A stretch of 64,000 nt of DNA, taken from NCBI GenBank assembly GCA_934167825.1, contig CAKPLY010000004.1:90-64089 (forward strand). Reading direction: 5' to 3'. A program made the translations under genes and the position numbers. Below, piece after piece: positions 29,308 to 38,751 of the stretch; the stretch's first letter is position 1, and every line of letters starts with the position of its first letter. The DNA comes from an uncultured Bacilli bacterium. GTDB lineage: Bacteria; Bacillota_I; Bacilli_A; RF39; UBA660. The notes beneath the pieces were generated by a model. It made no database searches. It saw only the letters and a program-made list of their open reading frames with translations, and had not been told where the DNA came from.

Positions 29308-29529
29308 ATGGTTCGTATTTTTTTCTTCTTGTTTGGTTTTGGGTTAATGGTTGTTGGATTTACATATATTATTTTGTATGCTAATTTACTTACTACAACG
29401 TATAATTTTTATGAATATGTTAATTTTATATTTAGTAGATATGAATGTTATTTTATATTTATTGGATTTATTATTATGGTTTTATCTTTATTAATAAAAG
29501 GAGAAGATAGTTATGCAATATATATATGA
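29308..29529 (+). CDS. Small two-TM membrane protein
   Basis: Hydrophobic ORF with aggtgg RBS; no recognised motif. Confidence 0.4.
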   Translation: MVRIFFFLFGFGLMVVGFTYIILYANLLTTTYNFYEYVNFIFSRYECYFIFIGFIIMVLSLLIKGEDSYAIYI

Positions 29530-30139
29530 TATTATGTTAAACTTTAATGATTGTTATTATGAGTTTTATGAATGGAAAAAGAGGGATAAACTTATTAATG
29601 TAAAGAAAATACCTTTATATAAGGTTAATAGTGATGTTATGTATGATTTTATGTATAATGATGTTTGTGTGGATAAAAAGTTTTTAGATAATATATTTGA
29701 ACTTACGTTATTTTATAAGAAGTTAAACTATAAATATATGTGTTTATTTAGTGATGGTAATAAGAGTATTGGACTTATGTTTAATGAAAAGGGAGAAGTG
29801 ATAAATAGAAGTTCTTTAACTTTAGAGGAAGATGATGAGGTTAATGATGAGTCATATTTACAGGATGTTACTGATATTTGTTATGATGTTAAGAAGAGGA
29901 ATAGTGATGTATTAATATCTAGGATAGAGAAAGATAGATATGATTATTTATATAAATATATTAATAAGTTAAATGTTATAGATGATTATACTATTTTAAG
30001 ATATATTTATTATGATTATTTTGAAGAGGAGAATGATGATGCGGAAGATATAAAGAAAAAATTACTTAATGTTATAGAAGATATGAATGATAATAGATTA
30101 TATGATATAGTTAAAGTGTTTAAAAAGATTAAAAATTAA
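29513..30139 (+). CDS. Hypothetical cytoplasmic protein
   Basis: 208-aa ORF overlapping the upstream stop; no recognised motif. Confidence 0.45.
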   Translation: MQYIYDIMLNFNDCYYEFYEWKKRDKLINVKKIPLYKVNSDVMYDFMYNDVCVDKKFLDNIFELTLFYKKLNYKYMCLFSDGNKSIGLMFNEKGEVINRSSLTLEEDDEVNDESYLQDVTDICYDVKKRNSDVLISRIEKDRYDYLYKYINKLNVIDDYTILRYIYYDYFEEENDDAEDIKKKLLNVIEDMNDNRLYDIVKVFKKIKN

Positions 30140-30150
30140 AATAAGATCAA

Positions 30151-30783
30151 TTACTTTGATCTTATTTTGCTGTCATATAGGGATATTATTATTGAACCTA
30201 GAGAATTGCCTATAATCATAATAAGTAGATATAATAATACTTTTGTATTTATAGAAAGTGATACTGCAAAGTAAAATATATTTGCTATACAGTGTTCAAA
30301 TCCTGATAAGATAAATACTACTACTGAAAAGAATATTAATATATATTTACTTAAGGTATTAGTTTCTTTTTTATAGTTATTTACTGCGATGTACATAAGT
30401 ATTCCACAGAATATAGATAATATAAATATACTTAGTAAGTTATCGTTTAATTTTATATCTACTAGAGATTTTGCTTTATCTATATAGTTATTATATCTTG
30501 TTAGTCTTACTATTAGTCCTGTTAGGGATGCTCCAATGAAGTTACCTATTAGTGTTATTAATAATTCGGTTATATATCCTTTTTTGCGTTCTATTATGTA
30601 TCCTATTTTACCGGTATATAGATTCATATTATAGATACATATTGTTAATAATCCTATGGAGAAGAGAATGCTTCCTGTTACTTTGTTATCTAATGCAAGA
30701 TATACTGTTCCTCCAATACCTATAAAAATTCCTGCGTATATTGCTTTTGTTAAAGTTATTATGTTTTTATTATTTACTTTCAT
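30151..30783 (-). CDS. Formate/nitrite transporter (FNT) family channel, short form
   Basis: SGFEHCIANIFY signature, six TM segments. aaggaag RBS before the internal ATG at 30783. Confidence 0.75.
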   Translation of the reverse strand: MKVNNKNIITLTKAIYAGIFIGIGGTVYLALDNKVTGSILFSIGLLTICIYNMNLYTGKIGYIIERKKGYITELLITLIGNFIGASLTGLIVRLTRYNNYIDKAKSLVDIKLNDNLLSIFILSIFCGILMYIAVNNYKKETNTLSKYILIFFSVVVFILSGFEHCIANIFYFAVSLSINTKVLLYLLIMIIGNSLGSIIISLYDSKIRSK

Positions 30784-30838
30784 TTTCTTACTTCCTTTTT
30801 TATAATATAAAAGATGTGAAATTGTCACATCTTTATTT

Positions 30839-31843
30839 TTATTTATGTTCTTTTAAATATTCGTTATATTTACTTTCCATTACTGTATCGCTAAACTTAA
30901 GGTTGTTTTCTTCGCGTAAGTGGTCTAAAGCTTTATAGTATAGGTTTGTATCTTCAGCTTTTTTGTTGCTTACTAATACATCGATAACGGCATCTTTAAC
31001 ATCTTCAAGAGATGCTTTATCTTTTTGGTCTATACGATGAATAATATGATATCCGTAAGTTGTTTTTACTAATTCTTTAGTGTATTCTCCATCTTTTAGA
31101 TTTTTTAATGCAGTCATATAACTTTCTTGAATATTTGAATTAAAACCTTGGTAATTAAGATTTTCGTAAGTTATTTTGTCTTTGTATTCTTCTTTAACTT
31201 CTTCGAAAGATTTACCTTCGTTTAATTTTGCTATAATTTCATTACCTAGTTCTTTTGCTTCTTCTTCAGTTCTATTGCTATCTATTGTTACTAGCATATG
31301 TTCAGAGTTTATGTCACCATATACTTCATTGTTATAGTAATTTTCAATATCTTTATCAGTAATTAAACTTTTTACGTATTCGTTAAAATATTCATTTCTA
31401 CGATAGTTTAATTTTAGAACATTAAGGAAATCTTCGTGTGAAGAGAAACCGTTGTTCTTTAAGAATTGTTCTTTAGTTGTACCATAATATTGTTCATATT
31501 GTGTATAGTAGTTTTGTGCAGTTTTTTCTACGCTTTCTAACATTTCAGTGTTTTCTTCATATTTTGGTTCAAGAATCATTTTATCAATTATATCAAGTAA
31601 TTGACTTATTGGGTAATATTCTTTCATGTTTTCATACAAAGTATCTGCAGTTACTACTTCGCCATTTATTTCTGCGACTGGTTCAGTACCATCTTTTAAC
31701 TGTGCAATTCTATCTGGCCATATAATTGTTGCTACTATTGCTGCAACTAATGCTCCTCCTATAAAACCATAAATTACCTTTCTGTTTTCATCTAGAAAAC
31801 TTATAATATTTTTAGTTTTTTTCTTTGATTCAATTTTTTTCAT
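30839..31843 (-). CDS. prsA: PrsA-like membrane-anchored parvulin peptidyl-prolyl isomerase
   Basis: TM anchor, SurA-like N-domain, parvulin core ..HMLV...GYHIIHRI. Confidence 0.72.
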   Translation of the reverse strand: MKKIESKKKTKNIISFLDENRKVIYGFIGGALVAAIVATIIWPDRIAQLKDGTEPVAEINGEVVTADTLYENMKEYYPISQLLDIIDKMILEPKYEENTEMLESVEKTAQNYYTQYEQYYGTTKEQFLKNNGFSSHEDFLNVLKLNYRRNEYFNEYVKSLITDKDIENYYNNEVYGDINSEHMLVTIDSNRTEEEAKELGNEIIAKLNEGKSFEEVKEEYKDKITYENLNYQGFNSNIQESYMTALKNLKDGEYTKELVKTTYGYHIIHRIDQKDKASLEDVKDAVIDVLVSNKKAEDTNLYYKALDHLREENNLKFSDTVMESKYNEYLKEHK

Positions 31844-31904
31844 GTTTGTCTCCTTTCATCAGTCTATGTATATAATAACAAAAAATAATTAAAAAGACAA
31901 TACT

Positions 31905-31935
31905 TGATGGGACAAAAAACTTAAGTTTTGTGAAA
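31905..31935. repeat. Copy A of a ~30-bp intergenic direct repeat with palindromic core aaaacttaagtttt
   Basis: tgatgggacaaaaaacttaagttttgtgaaa. Confidence 0.9.
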
Positions 31936-32064
31936 AAAATATGAAAATATCTATTTTTTAAAATTTAATAATTGAGGGAAGAGTGTTTATTAATAAAATT
32001 TTAAAATATCAGTTTAAATTATTTAATAAATATGATAAACTATGGTTATGGTGAGGTAAATAAT

Positions 32065-32475
32065 ATGTTAGAAGTAAAGTTATATGATTTTGGTTATTGT
32101 GATGAATCTAAATATACTAGAGTAGTTTGTGTATGTCGTTATCATGGTAAATATGTTTTTTGTTATAATAAAAAAAGAAACGGTTGGGAAATTCCTGGTG
32201 GACATATAGAGAATGGTGAAACTTGGCAAGAAGCTGCGAAAAGGGAAATGTATGAAGAAACGGGGGCAACAAAAATAGAGTTAACACCGGTTAGTGTATA
32301 CAAAATTAGTGCATTTGGTTTATTATGTTTTTGTGAAATTTTAGAAATGGAAGAGTTACCAAAAGATTATGAGATGTCAAAAATTATGTTTTCAAATGAT
32401 TTACCAAATAATCTTACTTATCCAGATACTTTTAAATTATATTTTAAAACTGTTAAAGAAAAAATGAATTTGTAA
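32065..32475 (+). CDS. NUDIX hydrolase
   Basis: Nudix box GGHIENGETWQEAAKREMYEETGA; ggtgagg RBS before ATG 32065. Confidence 0.82.
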   Translation: MLEVKLYDFGYCDESKYTRVVCVCRYHGKYVFCYNKKRNGWEIPGGHIENGETWQEAAKREMYEETGATKIELTPVSVYKISAFGLLCFCEILEMEELPKDYEMSKIMFSNDLPNNLTYPDTFKLYFKTVKEKMNL

Positions 32476-32523
32476 TATCTATAAATTTATTTTTTTTACT
32501 AATATAGTTTTTATGTCATAAAA

Positions 32524-32553
32524 TGATGGGACAAAATACTTAAGTTTTTGAAA
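32524..32553. repeat. Copy B of the ~30-bp intergenic direct repeat
   Basis: tgatgggacaaaatacttaagtttttgaaa (one mismatch and one indel relative to copy A). Confidence 0.9.
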
Positions 32554-32641
32554 TTAATTTAAGTTATATAAGTAAAAGAAGCACATATTTTTGTTTTTTG
32601 TATAAAATAATGTGAAAGATAAAAAAGGGGGGAAGTATACT

Positions 32642-32722
32642 ATGGGTAATTGTGGAAGTTCTGCTGCTATTGTTTTAGTTTTATTTATTTTATTAATAAT
32701 TATACTAGGGGCTTGGATATAA
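32642..32722 (+). CDS. Tiny YjcZ-like sporulation membrane peptide (26 aa)
   Basis: aagggggg RBS. MGNCGSSAAIVLVLFILLIIILGAWI*. Below the ORF-track cutoff. Confidence 0.5.
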   Translation: MGNCGSSAAIVLVLFILLIIILGAWI

Positions 32723-32745
32723 AACTTTTTAGGAGGTGTTAAATT

Positions 32746-32886
32746 ATGACAACTGGAAATAATTGTTCTTGTAGTACAAATACATGCAGTACAAATATGT
32801 GTGGATCAAGAAGTAATGGGTTCTTGATTGTTCTTGTTTTATATATTTTACTTGCTATTATTATTGGTTCTGCATTTTTTTACTAA
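32746..32886 (+). CDS. Tiny YjcZ-like sporulation membrane peptide (46 aa)
   Basis: aggaggtg RBS. MTTGNNCSCSTNTCSTNMCGSRSNGFLIVLVLYILLAIIIGSAFFY*. Confidence 0.5.
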   Translation: MTTGNNCSCSTNTCSTNMCGSRSNGFLIVLVLYILLAIIIGSAFFY

Positions 32887-32893
32887 TATATCT

Positions 32894-32919
32894 AAACTAT
32901 CTTCGGATAGTTTATTTTT
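32894..32919 (+). terminator. Rho-independent terminator
   Basis: aaactatc-ttcg-gatagttt followed by a T-run. Confidence 0.75.
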
Positions 32920-32946
32920 GTGATGTTTTAATAAAAAGGTATATAG

Positions 32947-33309
32947 TTATTTGTTTGTTAATAAACTATATACTTCTTCTTTTGTTAATGTGTTATCACT
33001 TTTATATACTGGAATTAAATGCATGTGAAAGTGTTTTACTTCTTCGCATATTCCATTGTTTTGTACTATTTCTATTCCATCACAATGTAGTCTATCTATT
33101 AGTAGTTTAGATATTTTTTTACTTATGTTGTTTATATAAATTAATGTATCTTCTTTAATGTCAAATAAGTCTACACAATGTTCTTTCGGTATTATTAAAG
33201 TGTGTCCTGTACTTTTGGGGTTTACATCTAATATTACTTTTACTATATCATCTTCATATATAGTACTTGATGGAATTTCATTATTTATTATTTTACAAAA
33301 TATATCCAT
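32947..33309 (-). CDS. HIT-family nucleotide hydrolase/transferase
   Basis: Histidine triad HFHMHLIP. Confidence 0.88.
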   Translation of the reverse strand: MDIFCKIINNEIPSSTIYEDDIVKVILDVNPKSTGHTLIIPKEHCVDLFDIKEDTLIYINNISKKISKLLIDRLHCDGIEIVQNNGICEEVKHFHMHLIPVYKSDNTLTKEEVYSLLTNK

Positions 33310-33450
33310 ATTATCATCTCCATAAAAAGTATAGCAAATATTATGAAATAAGTAAATATTTAAATTATGTTAAATTATGTTATTTTTGTTTAAATACTAG
33401 TTTTTTACTTTTGATTGTGATATACTTTTAGTAGAAAGGATGGGATATTT

Positions 33451-33987
33451 ATGAAATATAATATTCGTGGAGACAAGATGGTAGTAACTGATGCGATTAA
33501 GGATTATACTATATCTAAGTTAGATAGACTTAATAAGTATTTTAATGAAGATGATATAGTAGCAAATGTCCTTACTAAAGTTAGAGGAGATAAGCAAATT
33601 ATTGAGGTTACAATTCCTACTGACAAATTTATTTTAAGAAGTGAAGAATCTAATAATGATTTATATGCTGCAATTGATTTAGTTACTGATAAATTAGAGA
33701 GACAAATAAGAAAGAATAAGACTAAATTAAAGAAGCAAAATAAGGTTAATAATAAATATGAATACTTTAATTTTGATTATGAAGTATTAGAAGAAGATGA
33801 GGAAGAGGAGAAAGGGATTGTTAAGAGAAAAAAGATAGATACTAAACCTATGGATGAGGAAGAAGCAATACTTGAAATGGAACTCTTAGGGCATAGTTTC
33901 TTTGTATATAAAGATATGCATACAAATAGTGTTAAAGTCTTATATAAAAGAAATGATGGAAACTACGGTGTAATTGATACTGAATAG
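33451..33987 (+). CDS. hpf: Ribosome hibernation-promoting factor, long form
   Basis: N-terminal S30AE domain (IRGDKMVVTDAIKDY) and C-terminal dimerisation domain (HSFFVY...VLYKR.DGNYG). Confidence 0.9.
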   Translation: MKYNIRGDKMVVTDAIKDYTISKLDRLNKYFNEDDIVANVLTKVRGDKQIIEVTIPTDKFILRSEESNNDLYAAIDLVTDKLERQIRKNKTKLKKQNKVNNKYEYFNFDYEVLEEDEEEEKGIVKRKKIDTKPMDEEEAILEMELLGHSFFVYKDMHTNSVKVLYKRNDGNYGVIDTE

Positions 33988-33996
33988 TGAGTATTT

Positions 33997-34022
33997 AAGT
34001 CTACTTATATGTAGACTTTTTC
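33997..34022 (+). terminator. Rho-independent terminator
   Basis: aagtctac-ttatat-gtagactt followed by a T-run. Confidence 0.75.
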
Positions 34023-34062
34023 TTTAAAGTATTGTAAAATATATATTATGGAGATGATTTAG

Positions 34063-36558
34063 ATGTTAAATGTGTTTAAAAGAGTGTTTGACAATGAATA
34101 TAAAGAATTAAAAAGGTTTTCTAAGATTGCTGATGAAATAGATGCATTAGATGAAGAATATAGTAAACTTAGTGATGAAGAGTTAGCAAATAAAACTAAT
34201 GAATTTAAAAAAAGATTAGAAGATGGCGAAGAGTTAGAAGATATATTAGTGCCTGCTTTTGCTACTGCAAGAGAAGCTGCATATAGAAAGATTGGTGAAA
34301 AGGCATATTATTGTCAATTGCTTGGTGGTCTTGCAATTCATTATGGTAATATAGCAGAAATGAAAACTGGTGAAGGTAAAACTTTAACTACTATTTTTCC
34401 TGCTTATTTGAATGCTCTTACTGGTAAAGGTGTTCACGTTGTTACTGTTAATGAATATCTTACTCAAAGAAATGCTGAATGGATGGGACCTATATTTAAT
34501 TTTCTTGGTCTTACTGTGGGAGTTAATTTAAGAGATTTGTCACCAAAAGAAAAACAAGATGTATATAACTGTGATATATTATATACTACTAATAATGAAC
34601 TTGGATTTGATTACTTAAGAGACAATATGGTTGTTAAGAAAGAGAATAGAGTACAAAGAAAACTTAATTACTGTATAATTGATGAGGTTGACTCAATATT
34701 AATTGATGAAGCAAGAACTCCACTTATTATATCTGGGGGAGTTATGCAATCTGCTAATTTATATGTACAAGCAGATAATTTTGTTAAGTCTTTGAAGGAA
34801 AATGAAGATTTTGTTAAAGATGAGAAGACTAGAAGTATTAATTTAACTGATGATGGAAGTAAAAAGTGTGAAGAAAGATTTAATTTAAAGAATTTATATG
34901 ATTTATCTAATACTGCTTTAGTACATCATATTAATCAAGCTTTAAAAGCAAATTATTTTATGAAAAAAGATGTTGATTATGTTGTTAGTGAAGATAAGAT
35001 AGTTATAGTAGATCAATTTACTGGTAGACTTATGAAGGGACGTGCTTTTTCTGACGGATTACATCAAGCTATTGAAGCAAAAGAGGGAGTTACCATTCAA
35101 CAAGAAACTAAGACATTAGCAACTATTACATTCCAAAATTATTTTAGAATGTATAATAAGATTTCTGGTATGACTGGTACTGCTAAAACTGAAGAAGAAG
35201 AGTTTAGAAATATATATAATATGTATGTTATTTGTATACCTACTAATAAGCCTGTAATAAGAGTAGATGAAACAGATTTACTATATGCTGGCAAGCAAGG
35301 TAAGTATAGTGCTATTGTAAAAGAGATAGAAAAAAGACATAAGTTAGGGCAACCAGTACTTGTAGGTACTATTGCTATTGAGACAAGCGAGATTATTAGT
35401 AATTTATTAGATAAAAAGAAAATCAAACATGAGGTTTTAAATGCTAAGAATCATGCTAGAGAAGCTGAAATAATTGCTCATGCTGGTGAGAAAGGTGCTG
35501 TTACTATTGCTACTAATATGGCGGGTCGTGGTACTGATATCAAGTTGGGTGAAGGTGTAAGAGAACTTGGTGGTCTTTGTGTAATCGGTACAGAACGTCA
35601 TGAGTCAAGAAGAATTGATAATCAGTTAAGGGGACGTGCTGGAAGACAAGGGGATCCTGGATTTTCACAATTTTATGTTTCTTTTGAAGATGATTTGATG
35701 GTAAGATTTGGATCTGAAAGATATAAGGGCATGCTTGAAAATTTAGGTTTTACTGGGGAAGCTGCAATCAGAAATAAAATGTTTTCTAAATCTTTTGAAT
35801 CTGCGCAAAAAAGAGTTGAGGGTAATAACTTTGATATAAGAAAACAACTTTTAAATTATGATGATGTTATGAATAATCAAAGAGAGATAATGTATGCAAA
35901 AAGAAATGAAATATTAGATAGTGATTCTATACATGATATGGTTTTATCTATGTTTCATGATTATATTAGTGAAATGGTAAATGGACATTTGATTGATAGT
36001 GCTAGATTAACTGAGAATGATTATAATGAAATAGTTGAGGCATCAAATGAAAACTTGCTAAAGAGATATAGAATTAATTTATCTGAGATAAGTGGCAAAA
36101 ATGCTGATGAAGTTGTTTCGTATATATATGAAAATGTTGTTAAAGATTATGAAGAAAAACTAAAGGATATTCCTACTGAGATAGTTAATGAGTTTGAAAA
36201 AACTATTACTTTAAAGGTTATTGATAGTCACTGGATGGAACATATTAGTACAATGAGTCATTTAAGGGAAGGCATAGGTCTTAGAGGATATGCAAATGAA
36301 AATCCACTTCAAGCGTATACTATGGAAGGTTACCAATACTTTGATGCTATGATGGGTGTTATTAATAAAGAAGTTAGTATGTATTTACTTAAGAGTGAAA
36401 TTAGACAAAATTTAGAAAGAAAAGAAGTTGTTAAGGCAATTATTACTAATGATAGTAAAGATAATGTTAAGGTACAAAAGAAAAGTAACAAGGTTGGAAG
36501 AAATGATCCGTGTCCATGTGGCAGTGGACGCAAGTATAAACAATGTTGTGGTAAATAA
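34063..36558 (+). CDS. secA: Preprotein translocase ATPase SecA
   Basis: MKTGEGKT Walker A, DEVDSILIDEARTPLIISG, C-terminal zinc finger CPCGSGRKYKQCCGK. Confidence 0.97.
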   Translation: MLNVFKRVFDNEYKELKRFSKIADEIDALDEEYSKLSDEELANKTNEFKKRLEDGEELEDILVPAFATAREAAYRKIGEKAYYCQLLGGLAIHYGNIAEMKTGEGKTLTTIFPAYLNALTGKGVHVVTVNEYLTQRNAEWMGPIFNFLGLTVGVNLRDLSPKEKQDVYNCDILYTTNNELGFDYLRDNMVVKKENRVQRKLNYCIIDEVDSILIDEARTPLIISGGVMQSANLYVQADNFVKSLKENEDFVKDEKTRSINLTDDGSKKCEERFNLKNLYDLSNTALVHHINQALKANYFMKKDVDYVVSEDKIVIVDQFTGRLMKGRAFSDGLHQAIEAKEGVTIQQETKTLATITFQNYFRMYNKISGMTGTAKTEEEEFRNIYNMYVICIPTNKPVIRVDETDLLYAGKQGKYSAIVKEIEKRHKLGQPVLVGTIAIETSEIISNLLDKKKIKHEVLNAKNHAREAEIIAHAGEKGAVTIATNMAGRGTDIKLGEGVRELGGLCVIGTERHESRRIDNQLRGRAGRQGDPGFSQFYVSFEDDLMVRFGSERYKGMLENLGFTGEAAIRNKMFSKSFESAQKRVEGNNFDIRKQLLNYDDVMNNQREIMYAKRNEILDSDSIHDMVLSMFHDYISEMVNGHLIDSARLTENDYNEIVEASNENLLKRYRINLSEISGKNADEVVSYIYENVVKDYEEKLKDIPTEIVNEFEKTITLKVIDSHWMEHISTMSHLREGIGLRGYANENPLQAYTMEGYQYFDAMMGVINKEVSMYLLKSEIRQNLERKEVVKAIITNDSKDNVKVQKKSNKVGRNDPCPCGSGRKYKQCCGK

Positions 36559-36610
36559 TCGCTGAAACACCGATAAAATAAGGGTTTGCGAGGATTTGAC
36601 CGATTACAAT

Positions 36611-36661
36611 TTTTAGGTAATTTTAGGTTAAAAAAAGCGTTTAGATAAGTTTTAGATAAGT
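36611..36661. repeat. Two pairs of short tandem repeats next to int; candidate arm-type integrase sites
   Basis: ttttaggtaa/ttttaggtta (36611-36630) and tttagataagt x2 (36640-36661). Confidence 0.4.
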
Positions 36662-36665
36662 TTTT

Positions 36666-36694
36666 ATATTAAAAAGAGATGCTATTTAGCATCT
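36666..36694 (-). terminator. Terminator of the integrase gene
   Basis: agatgcta-tt-tagcatct hairpin overlapping the stop codon; T-run on the minus strand. Confidence 0.6.
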
Positions 36695-37812
36695 TTTGTT
36701 ATTTTATCAATTAAATTAGATATGTTATCAAGATCGTGATGAAACATATGCGAGTAAGTGTTAAGAGTTTCGGTTACACTAGCATGTCCCATATACCTAG
36801 AAACCAAAGTTACCGGAGCTCCTGTATTGATAAGAAGCGAAGCACAGGAGTGTCTGAAATCATGTAGACGAATTTCTTTAACACCGGTTATCTTTGCTAT
36901 TTTCTTTTTTCTCCTACGAGCTTTAACATATGATAATGGAATAATACCACTAAATTCACCGAAGCAATAGAAATCATCTGTATAATTTCTATACTGTGAT
37001 ATTTTATCATGGTACTGTTTTAGATCTTGATATAGAGCATCACAGATAGGAAGAGTCCTATAACTGCTAGGAGTCTTTAAATCACAAATATAATAATTAG
37101 CAGAGTAGTTATCAATACTTTGAACTTGTTTATTTACAGATATAGTTTTTTTATCAAAATCGATATCCTTCCAAGTAAGACCACGAGCCTCACTAATTCT
37201 CAAACCATTGTAATAAAGAGTTTCCCATAAACATCTGAATGATAATTCATCTTCTCCACTAAGAAAAGTATTAAACTCATCAGGTGTATAAATATCATGT
37301 TCCTTACGAACTTGATTAGGATCGTTAAACTTAGACATAAGGGTTTTAACTTTATTAAAATTGAAATCATAATGAGCTGAACCATAATTCAGTAATGCAG
37401 TTAAAACTTTTAATTTATCATTTTTAGAAACATTATTTAAAGTTTTAATATTATTCATGTGGTTCTTCCACTCTTGATAATGAGCAGGAGAAAAATCAAC
37501 ACACTTGATATTGAATAAAGGTTCAATGTATTTAGTAGTATGATGATAACCTCGCTTAGTAGATATCCTAACTTTATCTTCTTTATATTCTAAGAACTTC
37601 TTCCAAAGGTCTCCAATTGTCATATCAATAGGAGCTTTGTTTTTATCATTTATACGATTTAAGTATTTCCTTTCTTCGTCCTTAGCCTCAGTTTTAGTAG
37701 CATATTTTTTACTCGTATATAATTTTAAATTGTTTAAGCTGTCACGATATTGAACTTTAAAAAACCAACAACGACCATCCTTAGTAGGAGTTGAAGATTT
37801 AAATTGTGGCAT
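36682..37812 (-). CDS. Phage tyrosine integrase
   Basis: R..HDFRHSCASLLI..G....GH.....T...YSH catalytic signature; N-terminal SAM-like arm/core binding domains. Confidence 0.9.
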   Translation of the reverse strand: MPQFKSSTPTKDGRCWFFKVQYRDSLNNLKLYTSKKYATKTEAKDEERKYLNRINDKNKAPIDMTIGDLWKKFLEYKEDKVRISTKRGYHHTTKYIEPLFNIKCVDFSPAHYQEWKNHMNNIKTLNNVSKNDKLKVLTALLNYGSAHYDFNFNKVKTLMSKFNDPNQVRKEHDIYTPDEFNTFLSGEDELSFRCLWETLYYNGLRISEARGLTWKDIDFDKKTISVNKQVQSIDNYSANYYICDLKTPSSYRTLPICDALYQDLKQYHDKISQYRNYTDDFYCFGEFSGIIPLSYVKARRRKKKIAKITGVKEIRLHDFRHSCASLLINTGAPVTLVSRYMGHASVTETLNTYSHMFHHDLDNISNLIDKITKDAK

Positions 37813-37873
37813 AATATATCACTTTCCTTTCTGAATATTTGTGTAAAGTCCGTAAAAGTGATATAATACATAT

Positions 37874-37979
37874 GAAGAACTGAAGTATTATATCCTTTTA
37901 GGATGTAATTTTAAAGTCGTGCAAAACTTTTAATTTTAGTTTTTCGTGGATCCACTCGCCAAAGTGGGTTCTTTTTTTT
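37874..37979 (+). ncRNA. Candidate ~105-nt prophage sRNA between int and the repressor gene
   Basis: TTGTGT - 17 nt - TGaTATAAT promoter (37839-37867). No ORF. Strong terminator with a 9-bp stem (37948-37971) plus T8. Ends are predicted, not mapped. Confidence 0.3.
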
Positions 37980-38649
37980 ATAAGTATTTTACAAGTTTTT
38001 TAGCTACACCCAAAATCTCAACCGGTAGTGTCTCAATTTCTTCTTTTGAATAGAATCTAGGAAGAAACATTGAACTGTTATCAAGATTTAAAGGAGTCAG
38101 CATGATACCATCCTCTTTAATTGTTACTCGCTTGAATGTTGCATCAGAACCATTTATTCTAACACAACAATCCTGCCCTGAATAAAATGTAGGAGTTTTT
38201 AAAAATACAACAGTATCTCCATCATTGTATTGAGGAGCCATTGAATCACCTGTAATTTTCAAAGCGAAATATTCTTTATTTCCTTTAATCCAATCAGCAG
38301 GTACTTCTTCAAAGTCTATTGTGTATTCATCTTCGATTGCTTCCATAGGCATACCAGCAGGTATTTTACCTAAGAGAGGAACTCTTACGACATTCTTCTC
38401 CATGTTAGCCAATCTGATATTTTGGTCAATAGGTTGCTCTTCAATTAGGGCAGACTTATTTACACCAAAATAGTTAGCTAACATTTCAATTTTATCAATG
38501 CGAGGATAATAGACAGCATTACACCAATCACAAAAGGTTGTGTATTTAACATCTAAATCATTAGCAACAGTTTTTCTATCAAGATCATTAATTTTCAAAA
38601 ATCTATTAAGATTCCTAGCAAAGACTTCTTTATTACCTAATGCACTCAT
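37978..38649 (-). CDS. CI/LexA-like phage repressor (XRE HTH plus S24 autopeptidase)
   Basis: aaaggag RBS before ATG 38649. N-terminal HTH, then C-terminal GDSMAPQY Ser motif and a downstream Lys (ATFKRV). Confidence 0.85.
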   Translation of the reverse strand: MSALGNKEVFARNLNRFLKINDLDRKTVANDLDVKYTTFCDWCNAVYYPRIDKIEMLANYFGVNKSALIEEQPIDQNIRLANMEKNVVRVPLLGKIPAGMPMEAIEDEYTIDFEEVPADWIKGNKEYFALKITGDSMAPQYNDGDTVVFLKTPTFYSGQDCCVRINGSDATFKRVTIKEDGIMLTPLNLDNSSMFLPRFYSKEEIETLPVEILGVAKKLVKYL

Positions 38650-38718
38650 ATTATTCTCCTTTCCCAATAACTATTTTAACTTAAACCGTAAAATAAATCA
38701 ATATAAATTGTAAAAAAA

Positions 38719-38733
38719 TACGGGTAAACCACA
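38719..38733. promoter_or_regulatory. Imperfect operator-like palindrome
   Basis: tacgggtaaaccaca compared with consensus TACGGT-N3-ACCGTA. Confidence 0.35.
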
Positions 38734-38751
38734 AAATATTAAAATATAGTA

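Noticed and set aside
36611-36661. Short tandem repeats considered as a possible CRISPR or minisatellite
   Set aside because: There are only two copies each of 10-11-bp units, with no spacers and no cas genes. Their position next to int fits arm-type integrase sites better.
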